Source: Macrostomum lignano (Eukaryota). Taken from it: a stretch of 64,000 nucleotides of DNA. The position numbers and the translations under genes are program-made. Under the pieces are notes generated by a model. It saw only the letters and a program-made list of their open reading frames with translations, had not been told where the DNA came from and did not search any database. Position 1 is the first letter of the stretch; every line of letters begins with the position of its first letter. Positions 10,630 to 20,896 of this stretch are shown one piece after another. The stretch lies in contig NIVC01000010.1 of assembly GCA_002269645.1 (NCBI GenBank), forward strand, positions 1,302,001 to 1,366,000. Reading direction: 5' to 3'.

Positions 10630-13174
10630 ATGGACTCCGAGAAGATTTCCACATTCATGTCGGTGACATCGGCGGACGCAGAGCGCGCCCGCGCCTACTT
10701 GGAGGCCGCCCAGGGCGATCTGGACGCCGCCGTTGCGATGTTCTTCGCCGCAGGCGAGGAATCCGCCGAAGGTCAGCAGCCGCCGCCGATGAACACTTCG
10801 GCAAAAGCCACGGCGGTGGGAGCTGCCGAGGATCCGAGGAACCCGGCCTCCAGACCGCAAGAGAGGCAGCAGACAGCGGCTAGCGGCGGTCGTTTTGTCA
10901 CCATGGACGCGCTGAGGTCACGAAAAGGTCACGGCGGCGGCGGCGGCAGCGACGCTGAAGATCCTGACAGCGACGAAGATGATGGAGCTCAAGCGTTCTA
11001 CGTTGGTGGCTCTGAGAAAGGCGGCGGACAGCAGGTATTGACCCAGCTAGCGATGACCCAGCTGTTGACCCATCTAGCGATGAGCCATGTGTTGATCCAG
11101 CTAGCTGTTGACCCAGGTGTAGACCCAGCTAGCGATGACCCAGCTGTTGACCCATCTAGCGATATGCCACGTGTTGATCCAGCTAGCTGTTGACCCAGGT
11201 GTAGACCCAGCTAGCGATGACCCAGGTGTAGACCCAGCTAGCGATGACCCAGGTGTAGACCCAGCTAGCGATGACCCAGGTGTAGACCCAGCTAGCGATG
11301 ACCCAGGTGTAGACCCAGCTAGCGATGAACCATGTGTTGATCCAGCTAGCTACTGACCTAGCTGTTGACCCAGGTGTAGACCCAGCTAGCGATGAGCCAG
11401 GTGTTGACCCAGCTAGCAATGAGCCAGGTGTTGACCCAGCTAGCGATGACCCAGCTGTTGACCCAGCTAGCGATGACCCAGTTGTTGACCCAGGTTGCGA
11501 TAGCCCAGGTGTTGACCCATCTGTCAGTGGTCATACATTAATACAAACCGAGCACAAAGTTGACCCAATCACCATGCTGATCTAAGTATCATGCTGACCC
11601 AAGCACCATGCTGATCTAAGTATCATGCTGACCCAAGCATCATGCTGACCAAGCATCATGCTGACCCAAGCATCATGCTGACCCAAGCACCATGCTGATC
11701 TAAGTATCATGCTGACCCAAGTATCATGCTGACCCAATCACGATGCTGACCCAAGTATCATGCGGACCCAAGCATCATGCTGACCCAAGCACCATGCTGA
11801 CCCAAGCATCATGCTGACCCAAGCACCATGCTGATCTAAGTATCATGCTGACCCAAGTATCATGCTGACCCAATCACGATGCTGACCCAAGTATCATGCT
11901 GACCCAAGCATCATGCTGACCCAAGCACCATGCTGACCCAAGTATCATGCTGACCCAAGCACCATGCTGATCTAAGTATCATGCTGACCCAAGTATCATG
12001 CTGACCCAATCACGATGCTGACCCAAGCATCATGCTGACCCAAGCACCATGCTGACCCAAGCACCATGCTGACCCAAGCATCATGCTGACCCAAGCACCA
12101 TGCTGACCCAAGCATCATGCTGACCCAAGCACCATGCTGACCCAAGTATCATGCTGACCCAAGCATCATGCTGACCCAAGCATCATGCTGACCCAATCAC
12201 GATGCTGACCCAAGTATCATGCTGACCCAAGCACCATGCTGACCCAAGCATCATGCTGACCCAAGCATCATGCTGACCCAAGCTGCACCGAGCCGCCAAT
12301 CCTCACCCGCTCCGCACAGGTGCTCGGCCCTCCCGGTTCCCGTCGCGCCGACGCCGGTCGCATAGCAACCAGCCTGTTCGCCTCGGCCCGTCGTCACGGC
12401 GCCACTGAAGTCGGCTCGGCCGACGATCCCGGCCACGGAGCCGCAGGCGGGTTCGCCGCTTTCGCCGGCCTCGGCCTCCGACTGGACGCTGAGCAGCCGG
12501 CTGAGACCGCCGCCGCTGCTTCATCCGCAGCCTCTGCCAGTCAGCAGCAGCCGCAGCAACCGCAGCAGCAGCCGGTCTGTCGAGTGCTGAAGCTGTGGTC
12601 AAACGGCGTCTCCATCGACGCCGGTCCATTGCGCTCGTTCGAGGAGCCGGCCACCAGGGAGCTGCTGCAGGCGGTGGCGCAGGGCCGCGTGCCTGCCGAG
12701 CTGCGCAGCGAGGCGCGCGGCGCTCGCGTGGACCTGCAGCTCGAGGACCACCGGGGCACCGAATATCAAGCCGGAAGCGGCGGCAGCAGCAAGTTCAAAG
12801 CGTTCGCTGGCTCCGGTCAGGTGCTTGGAAGCCCCGCGCCAGCCGCTTCAGTACAGGCTGCCCCCACCGCCGCTGCTGCCGACGCTGGCACAGGCAGTGG
12901 CGGGGCAGCGGCTGTGCCTGTGGACCCCAGCCAGCCCACCACCAACTTGAATGTCCGCCTGCCATCCGGCGGCCGGCCGATGACCGTGACGCTGAACCAG
13001 GCCAGGCACACGGTTGCGGATCTGCGCAGGTTCGTGTCCGCCGAGAGGCCCGAGCTGGCGGACCGGACCTTCGTGTTCCTCACCACCTTCCCCACAGCGG
13101 AGATCGCCAACGAGGAGCAGACGCTGGAAGCTGCTGGTCTGGTGAATGCCGCTGTGGTTGTGAGGATTAAGTGA
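10630..13174 (+). CDS. NSFL1C: p47/NSFL1C (Shp1/UBXN2 family) p97 cofactor; exons 10630-11034 and 12320-13174 (~419 aa)
   Basis: N-terminal UBA-like region (ARAYLEAAQGDLDAAVAMFF). FYVGGSEKGGGQQ|VLGPP spans a phase-0 GT-AG intron. Also SEP domain (LKLWSNG..GPLRSF), SHP box (AFAGSGQVLGS) and C-terminal UBX (PTTNLNVRLPSG..FPT). Confidence 0.93.
11040..11520 (+). repeat. 27-bp (12+15) GACCCAG-based minisatellite in the NSFL1C intron
   Basis: Starts 5 nt after the GT donor. Confidence 0.92.
11560..12282 (+). repeat. 17-bp minisatellite (GACCCAAGCATCATGCT) in the NSFL1C intron
   Basis: Tandem units ending ~35 nt before the acceptor. Confidence 0.93.
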
Positions 13175-13208
13175 TTATCATTTGCCTTGGGACCTGGACT
13201 TGAAAATC

Positions 13209-13392
13209 CCCATGATCCCGTGAATGTAGATGTGTGATACTGTTCACACAACTCCCCATGATCCCGTGAATATATCAGTGTGATACTGTTCACACAACTC
13301 CCCATGATCCCGTGAATATATCCTGTGTTACTGTTCACACAACTCCACATGATCCCGTGAGTATCAGTGTGATACTGCTCACACAACCTCCT
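13209..13392 (+). repeat. ~46-bp tandem repeat (about 4 copies) just 3' of the NSFL1C stop
   Basis: CCCCATGATCCCGTGAAT..GTGTGATACTGTTCACACAACT repeated. Confidence 0.8.
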
Positions 13393-14492
13393 ATGAAGCT
13401 GCCAGCTAAATAATGGCATGCATAAAAGCTCATATATTTGTTTATTTAACTACGAGTCTAAACTGTCTTCAAAGCGCCTTAATGCTTTGATTTCTTGAAA
13501 AAAATATTGACATAATAATTTCTGCAGTACCTCCCTACTATATGTGTGAAAGGTATATAAATATTCAGTCATGGCATTTTTGTGCTGTCCTGCAAGTCGG
13601 TTAACCCGAGACTTAGCGTAATAATCTTTCTAACCTCTTGTACTTTTCTCTTTGTTACAATTATTCAGTTCGCTAGGCACTTTAAAACAATTCTTTTCTG
13701 TCACTATTTGTCAAGGTTTTTGGAGACCGCTGGTATTCAGTTGTATGAACATCAAATAAACAAATTAATTCGTCAGATTTAAACAAAACTGAACTATTCC
13801 TAAACAAAATTGTCAAAGGAATTTGTGATGTTTATTATTTTTATTGATTGTTTATAACCTGAGGCTAGATATACCGCATTGAGTTACAGAAGTCAGAGTA
13901 TGTATTAAGCTATTGATGCACTTGATGCGGTGACTTACAAAAACACGATGTTCAAAACAGATTCAAAAGTAACAAAAAGTACTCGTAAAACACGCTTGTA
14001 AATTACAAAGTAGAATACCCGAAGCTCTCAACCAATAATACAGATTAAACTAACAGATAAACAATTATTGCTTACACAAACATGATTAGATCCATTTGAG
14101 ACAAGCAGCCATTTTGTCAAGCACATTTTGTCAAGACTAGTTGAGACTTGTTCTAGTTGAAATGCCTTGAACTAATTAATGCCCAAATATCTTGCTTCAC
14201 TTTGGTTCGAAATTCATTTTGGCGCAACGCATTCGGTGACATTGTCTTACAGCCACTATTCTGCCTATTTCGCTGAATCCAGGGCATACTTAAAACCCCA
14301 AACAAATGTGACCAAGAACGGAATCAAGGGTGCTTATCTACTCAGGGGTAACTGATATTTAACTATTTAATACCACTGCTTCAGTGTAGAAACACAAAAC
14401 CAAGTCGCTATCATTTGCATAATAAATAGAAAACAACTGAGTGGTCATCATTGGTACAGCAAAGGATAATCATCAAAAAGCCACTTCCCCAT

Positions 14493-16340
14493 TCAGTCCC
14501 GCAGAAAAAGTACACCTCGAATGAAGGCCCTGCAGATGGGGCAGGTCTTCAGCGACTTGGCGCACACTGAGCAGCAGGCCACGTGACCACAGTCCAGCAG
14601 CATGATGTTCACCTCCTTGTCCATGCACACCTTGCACGTCTTCCAGTCGACCTGCTCACGAAATTTGGGCTGCGTATGATAATTGCCCAACTTCCGTTGA
14701 CAATGCTCATAAGGGTCCTGCGACTGCTTGCGCATGAGGCAGCTCTCGGTGAGCATGAAGTCGAGGAACAACTCCGATGTGGCAAAGTCATCGCCTCGCT
14801 GTCTAAGATGCAGTTCTGTAAACAGTCTCACTTGCAGAGCGGAGAATCCGAGCTGAGTGAGCAGTCTCACAACGGGCAGGTCGGCTCTCGCCTTGATGTC
14901 TCTGGCCTCGACTCTGAACTCGACTCCAGGAGTGACTGCGAGAGCCTCGTTTGCATGACGGTGGCGATACAAGTTACTTAGTTCAATTGTGCTCATTTGA
15001 CTGAGTGCAGCTGTCTGTTGCTGCACGGGAGGCGACAGTCGGTGCACTGCCTGTACAAAGTCGCTGCCTCGCTCCAACAACACGTGAGGACACCGAGGTG
15101 ACCACCTGGCGTGCTCAACCCACACATCATCGTCGCAGCTCCACTCGCTCATGCGAAGTCCGCAGCTGAAGCAGCAGGTCGCTCTCTCGGCTTCCGAGTA
15201 GAAGAAGCCCGCCTTTGCAAGCAAGTACACTGGCTGCTGAACGAGAGCCGAGTGCAGAGACTGCGACCGCGCTTGGTAGGTCTCGAACTGTGCGTGTTTG
15301 GCAGTCACACTCGATGGATCACTCTCGACACTGTGCTGCAGAGCGGACAGGTTCGTGAGCGCTCTCTCGGAGCACGCAGATCTCGCTACTTCGCTCGACA
15401 CTGGAAGCTGAGGACGCTTCATCATGTCGAAAGCGACCAGCTCGTCGTCCACAACGCGTCGTGCATTCGTTCCACGAGTTTCGCGTGTCGCCAGCGCCCA
15501 CTCTTTCAGTCCAGCGAACTCCATCGGTGGTAGCTCAGCGACCAGCTTCATGCTCCAGTCTCCGTTCACCATCAGTGCTGCATCATCTGCAGTCTGATCA
15601 CTGCACTGCACTGCCTCTACCAGCTTTGCTGACCTCGAGGCTCCTTCTAGCTCTCTGTGTTCTCGAGGCACGTTGCCGACCTCGACGAACAGCACGAACG
15701 GACAGGTGGAGAAGTGGCGTCTGTGAGCCTCTCGGACCTGCTCGCCCGCCTCCCAGTCCTTGAGCACACCCTTGCAGAATGCACACTTTACTCTGTCCGA
15801 CTCCTGCAGGTAGAAGAATCCGTCAGCAGCCAGATCCGTCACTGACACCAGGTGAGCCGCTGTGAAGCTGGCATCTGGCAGGTGGAAGGACTGCCACCTG
15901 TTCTCCTCTCGTCTCATGTCCCACAGGTGTTGTGGAATCGAGGCCGGCATTCCACTCGTGTCCCATCGCTGATTGCGGAAGTCCAGAGTCTGCGGCACGG
16001 ATGACGCTCTGCCACCAGGTGTGCTGTTGTTGTAGTACCGCAGTACCTTGCTCTTGCCTGTCTGTGACGCATTCTCGGTTCCGTCAGTTCGCGCGATTGC
16101 ATGATTAGCCGGCTCAGTTCGTGAAGTGCCTCTTTGAAGGTTTTGCAGAAACATCTTCACGCTTTCTTGATCCTCCACCGGCTCAGTTGGATCTTGACTT
16201 GCATCTTTGCTTAGCTGTAGATCGACTTTATCGAATGTTGCCCTACGAACAGATTTCTGCTGCACGGCTTGATGCTTTAAGTAGTTGCTCAGACATTGAA
16301 TTTGCAAAATTTGGTCATTTGGGTGATTGCGGCTGCTCAT
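14493..16340 (-). CDS. Inhibitor of apoptosis, paralog 1 (BIR-BIR-UBA-like-RING), single coding exon, ~615 aa
   Basis: Two BIRs (LAADGFFY..VKCAFC..W..H..C and LAKAGFFY..CFSC..W..EHARWSPRC), a UBA-like segment (LTQLGFS) and a C-terminal RING (CKVCMD..CGH..C..C..CPICR). The preferred ATG at 16340 follows a CAG acceptor at 16349-16351, although the ORF extends to 16436. Confidence 0.9.
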   Translation of the reverse strand: MSSRNHPNDQILQIQCLSNYLKHQAVQQKSVRRATFDKVDLQLSKDASQDPTEPVEDQESVKMFLQNLQRGTSRTEPANHAIARTDGTENASQTGKSKVLRYYNNSTPGGRASSVPQTLDFRNQRWDTSGMPASIPQHLWDMRREENRWQSFHLPDASFTAAHLVSVTDLAADGFFYLQESDRVKCAFCKGVLKDWEAGEQVREAHRRHFSTCPFVLFVEVGNVPREHRELEGASRSAKLVEAVQCSDQTADDAALMVNGDWSMKLVAELPPMEFAGLKEWALATRETRGTNARRVVDDELVAFDMMKRPQLPVSSEVARSACSERALTNLSALQHSVESDPSSVTAKHAQFETYQARSQSLHSALVQQPVYLLAKAGFFYSEAERATCCFSCGLRMSEWSCDDDVWVEHARWSPRCPHVLLERGSDFVQAVHRLSPPVQQQTAALSQMSTIELSNLYRHRHANEALAVTPGVEFRVEARDIKARADLPVVRLLTQLGFSALQVRLFTELHLRQRGDDFATSELFLDFMLTESCLMRKQSQDPYEHCQRKLGNYHTQPKFREQVDWKTCKVCMDKEVNIMLLDCGHVACCSVCAKSLKTCPICRAFIRGVLFLRD

Positions 16341-17364
16341 GACGCTGCCTGAATTTGCTGAAAACAATTTAATTTGCATAATTAAATTGATGGACAAAGT
16401 GAAGCTATTGATTTTGCAATAGTTAGTTGTAGCCACCTAATCTTGTATATATAATATCAAAATATTTTAATATTATGATTTACTTAGCTAGTATACTTTT
16501 ATGAATTTTGATTGGATGAACCTACTAAAGTAACAGTCAACTAATAAGTAACAAAGAAGTGGTCATAAAAAATGAATAAAGTCAAATGAAAATAAAAAAA
16601 CTCTAGTTCGCAACTGTAACTCTTTAAGCACGTGAAACTATTCACTTTTATATTTTGACTTAGTTCCAAAACCTTATTGCTATCTTTGCAGACACGTAAT
16701 ATACGTATGAGTACCTAATTAATACTAAATGGTAATGGCCGGGGTAGCAATACGAGCTATTTTAATCGATTGTTTTCATGTTTTGAATATGCAGAGAAAA
16801 TGTATTTATTCTGAATTTATTTTGAATACTTTCTCAGCAAAATTGAAGACACACCGCTCCTATCTGTAAAAATGTTAATACATATCGATTTCTTTAGGCC
16901 ATATTTATGTAAAAGGCTTTGTTTAACTTATTAATTGTCGTTAATTGCTTACCACCAATTTTGAAACTGTTACCGTATGATTCGACGTAGTGCAGCTAAT
17001 TGAAATTATGATTTTTTTAAGTCTTCATTAGATAGAAGCAGTTGTCAGTAATAACAACACTGTATGTTTTATTCTCTGTTTTATAGCGTAACATACTTTT
17101 AGATGGTGTGCATGTGTATTCAGCTTGGAAAGTATGCGAAAACTAATGTACACACTCGTACATTGGTAGCAAGTTCCCTTTCTGATGAATTAAAACGTAC
17201 ACTAATCTCTAATGCAGGCCAAGGTTTGTTGGTTGTCTATTAATAAACTGCTCAGCAGTGTGTTTGCCTGTGCGCGTACCGCGCTAAACATTGATATTGT
17301 TTGCTGCCCGCACTGAAGTTAATAAAGTTGATGCCCCAGCCCAGCTGTACAAATGCACACTGAG

Positions 17365-17500
17365 GGCGAGCGTTGTTGTTCCAGGCGGTGGTCGAGACCG
17401 CGTCCTGCTGTACAGGGCGAGACCTGGCTACTGACGGACTCGCTCAAAATAGGATCGATCGACACGGCGAACACTGGCCTGCTGAGCGCCGCCATGAAGA
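17365..17500 (+). mobile_element. Short decayed LINE fragment (post-RT region), related to the LINE at 17945
   Basis: Across frameshifts it reads LFQAVVET.VLLY..ETWLLT..GLL.AA, homologous to the 19905-20010 segment. Confidence 0.65.
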
Positions 17501-17944
17501 TTGGCGACTCCAGCTCCAACTCCACCGTACAAGTACATCAGGATTATGACGTTGTAGCTTTTATGCGTGTATACGATGAATTTGTACTTAAATCGTTCTG
17601 GATGCGGATGGATTATGAGGATGGCTTATCCTAGAGCTTAATTTGATTAAGTCTTAAGTCTACCAATCCATGCTTTTTTGACATGTTTAACTGAATGTGC
17701 TTACAGATGTCAATTGTTTAACCTGCTCTGCTGTCTGTCCTGAAATGGTTAATTATATTTTTTCACTACAGTTTTGCCTCCGAGTTCGAACGTAAAAAAA
17801 CCACACAAGATATATTAACCAAGCACATCAGAAATGCACAGATAATTTTTAATAGACAGTGGATGGCGCCTCTGATATTAAAAACTTGTTTGCGCTCACA
17901 GCTCACAGGCTGAGTGCCTGACAGACTAACTGAGCTGTGGTTAA

Positions 17945-20896
17945 TAGCAGCGTTCATCATTGGAGCTCCTTAAAACTGCAAGCGCCTCCAGCCATGGAGA
18001 GAATCACGCGAAAACAACAATACTAAATGCTCAAGTAGATTTCATGGACCACCACGACCTGGTCTCAGCAAACACGCTGTTCAGGAAGCTGCTTCACAGA
18101 TTGGCAACATTTGCTGGCTTTAAACGGCCACTTCTAGAAGAGACTCGCACAGCTCGACCAAGTTGCTGCTTTGCCAGCGAGAACGACGACGAGTGACTAC
18201 CTGCGATACGGTGGTTCCGCTGGCTGTGCGGTCAGACCATAGACTGCTCTACTGCGACCTGCACTTGAAGGACCCGCTATAAAAAACAGCCAAAACGCTT
18301 CTTCCGCGCCCTACGCGACCCGGTTTCAAGTGGCCGCTTCTGTCTGGCATTTGCCGAGGCGCTGGAAGAACGGCCAGATACAACAACCCCAGCCGAGTAT
18401 CCGGACATCAGTGCCGCCATTCAAGCCGCCGCTACCAATACTCTACCGCTGGTGAAGCCAGCAGAAAGGAGTCGGCCAGTGTGGCAGAACGACGAAGTGC
18501 TGCGGCAGGCCCGGCTGACAGTGGAGAGACTGCAGAGGAGCGGACAGCCCGCGGAGAAGGAAGAGGAGACTCTAGCGGAGACATTTGAAGCCCGGCAACG
18601 CACCGCGGTAGAGACCGCTATTCAAGAGATCGGCGTGAGAACGGCACTATTCAAGAGAACGGCACCGCGTGCCGTCTGGTCGGTCGTCAATCAGCTGACA
18701 GGCCGCAAGAGACGCAACGCTCTGAACCTGGCGGGTGACACGCCCGAAGAGAGGCGAAACGAGCTGCGGACCTTCTTCTCTGGTATCGTCAACGCGCCCC
18801 CTCCGCGGCAAAGGGACGACGTGTCATTGCCCACAGAGGTTGAGCTGCCAGAGGAGAGCTCCTTTAACACCAGCCCCATCACCATCGACGAGGTGCTCCA
18901 ACTTGCAAAGAAGACGCCAGGCAACAAGGCTACTGGACCAGACAACGTGCCTGTCGAGGTGCTGCGCCTCCCGCAGGTCGCGCTGGAAGTCACGCCCTGC
19001 TGAGTGGCAGACTGCGCATATCGTCAGGATCCAAAGAAACCAGGTTCCGTCAAGGTCGAAGAACATCGCGGGATTTCGCTAATGTCCTGCACAGCTGAAG
19101 CAATTTAACAGAGTTCTGCTGTCGCGGCTGCAGCCAGTGCTGGACCCGTTCCTCCGGCGCGAGCAAAATGGATTCCGGCCAGGCAGAGGCACCGTGACGC
19201 AAATTCTCGCTCTTGCGTCGAATTCTAGAAGAGGCCTGCATCCACCAGTCGACCATCGTCTGCATCTTCGTAGACTTCCTGAAGGCCTTTGACTCGGTAT
19301 CACGTATTCGAGCAGCTGGTGACGGCTGTGTTAGCTCTGTACCAGGAAACTAGGGCGGCAGTTGTGACACCGGATGGCCTTTCCGACTTCTTCGACACGT
19401 CTTCCGGCATCCTCCAAGGGGACACCTTGGCTCCTTTTCTGTTCGTCCTGGTCCTTGACTGGGTACTGCACACTGGCCTCCCTGACGACTCCAAAGGATT
19501 CTTGCTCTGCCGCAGAACAAGCAGGCGGCACCCCGAGAAGCGACTCTCCGTCCTAGCGCACGCGGACGATCTAGCGCTGCTGCCTAGCACAGCTGAAGGA
19601 GCTCAACTCCTGCTAGACCAGCTGACGGCGGCGGCCGCTGCGATCGGACTGTCCGTGAATACCAAAAAGACGATGGTGCTGACCGTGCCGACGGACCTGC
19701 CAGCTGAGATCTGCCGCTGCACGAACGGGCAGGTGGCGTTGCTGCCCCGCTGCAAAGAGTTCGTCTACCTCGGTGGTCTGGTGCCAAGCATCACGGAGGA
19801 CATGCACGGCGCAGGGCGCTTGCCTGGGGCGCATTCCGCACCATGCGGACTGTCCTCAGAGCCCCGCGCGCTGCCGGATCGGCTGAGAGGGCAGCTGTTC
19901 CAGGCCGTCATTGAAACCGTACTTTAAAACGCTGAAACTTGGACACTGAATGGCCCGCAGGAGCGGCAACTCGACGCCGCTCACGCTGGACTCCTGAGAG
20001 CCGCCTTCGGTGTCCACTACTCGCCGACCGCCACCACCAACACCAGCAATGACGAGTTATACCGACGGCCCAGCTCTCCCGACCCAGCCAGCTGCTGCGC
20101 ATCCGGCGCCTACAGCTGGCCGGCCAGGTCATCCGGGCAGAGCAGTACTGCCCTGAGCCGCTTCAAGACGTGCTGCTGCTATCCCTTCAAGGGGACGCTT
20201 TCATAAGACCTAAATTTCACAACGCCTAAAACCACCACCCTTCACAACGCCTAAATTTCATATCGCCTAAAATATTTGCACGCTCTTTCACATCGCCTAA
20301 ATTTCATAACGCCTAAATTTCATAACGCCTAAATTTCATAACGCCTAAATTTCATAACGCCTAAATTTCATAACGCCTAAATTTCATAACGCCTAAATTT
20401 CATAACGCCTAAATTTCATAACGCCTAAATTTCATAACGCCTAAATTTCACAACGCCTACGACGTAAAATCTTTGTTTCTCTCCTTCACATTCAGTTTTA
20501 AGTGTTGTGAAATTTAGGCGATATGAAGTTTAGGCGATATTAAAGAGCATGCAAATTTTTAGGCGTTGTGAAATTTAGGCGATGTGAAGGAGGCTGCATA
20601 TATTTTAGGCGTTGTGAAATTTAGGCGTTATGAAATTTAGGTGATGTGAAGTCATGTGCTTTAGGCGTTGTGAAATTTAGGTCTTATGAAGCGCCCCCCC
20701 CCCTTCAAGGGCTGCGGCGGCTTGGTCAGGCGAGAAGCCTGCGTTTTGTCGACCTGCTTTTAAGAGACGCTGAAATCTCCGACCCCCGCGGACTCGCTAT
20801 TCTGCGCAAATCTGCGCTTGCGCGCGCATTTTGACAGCAACCCAACTTAATTGGCTTGCCCAGGGTTGCTGTAGTTTGTTGTTTGTTGTTGTTGTT
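17945..20896 (+). mobile_element. 5'-truncated, frameshifted non-LTR retrotransposon (APE endonuclease + RT, RTE-like), interrupted by a foldback element at 20192-20700
   Basis: APE remnants (DLVSANTLFRK, SDHRLL) and RT motifs (RGISLMS, EQNGFRPGR, FVDFLKAFDS, GILQGDTLAPFLF, HADD instead of YADD). The C-terminus continues after the insertion to TGA 20832-20834, followed by a 3' hairpin and a (TTG)n tail. Confidence 0.88.
20192..20700. mobile_element. Foldback/MULE-like non-autonomous element, ~38-bp TIRs, internal 16-bp repeats, 9-bp TSD CCCTTCAAG
   Basis: Left end GGGACGCTTTCATAAGACCTAAATTTCACAACGCCTAAA is nearly the reverse complement of the right end. TSD at 20183-20191 and 20701-20709. 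Removing the element restores the LINE frame LLLSLQGLRRLGQ. Confidence 0.88.

Noticed and set aside
11035-11585. DPGVDPAS-repeat extension of NSFL1C exon 1
   Set aside because: The conserved GQQ|VLGPP junction shows this is intron.
14583-16342. Antisense and alternate-frame ORFs over IAP1 (similarly over IAP2, the LINE, DIRS and the transposase)
   Set aside because: Shadow ORFs of GC-rich coding sequence.
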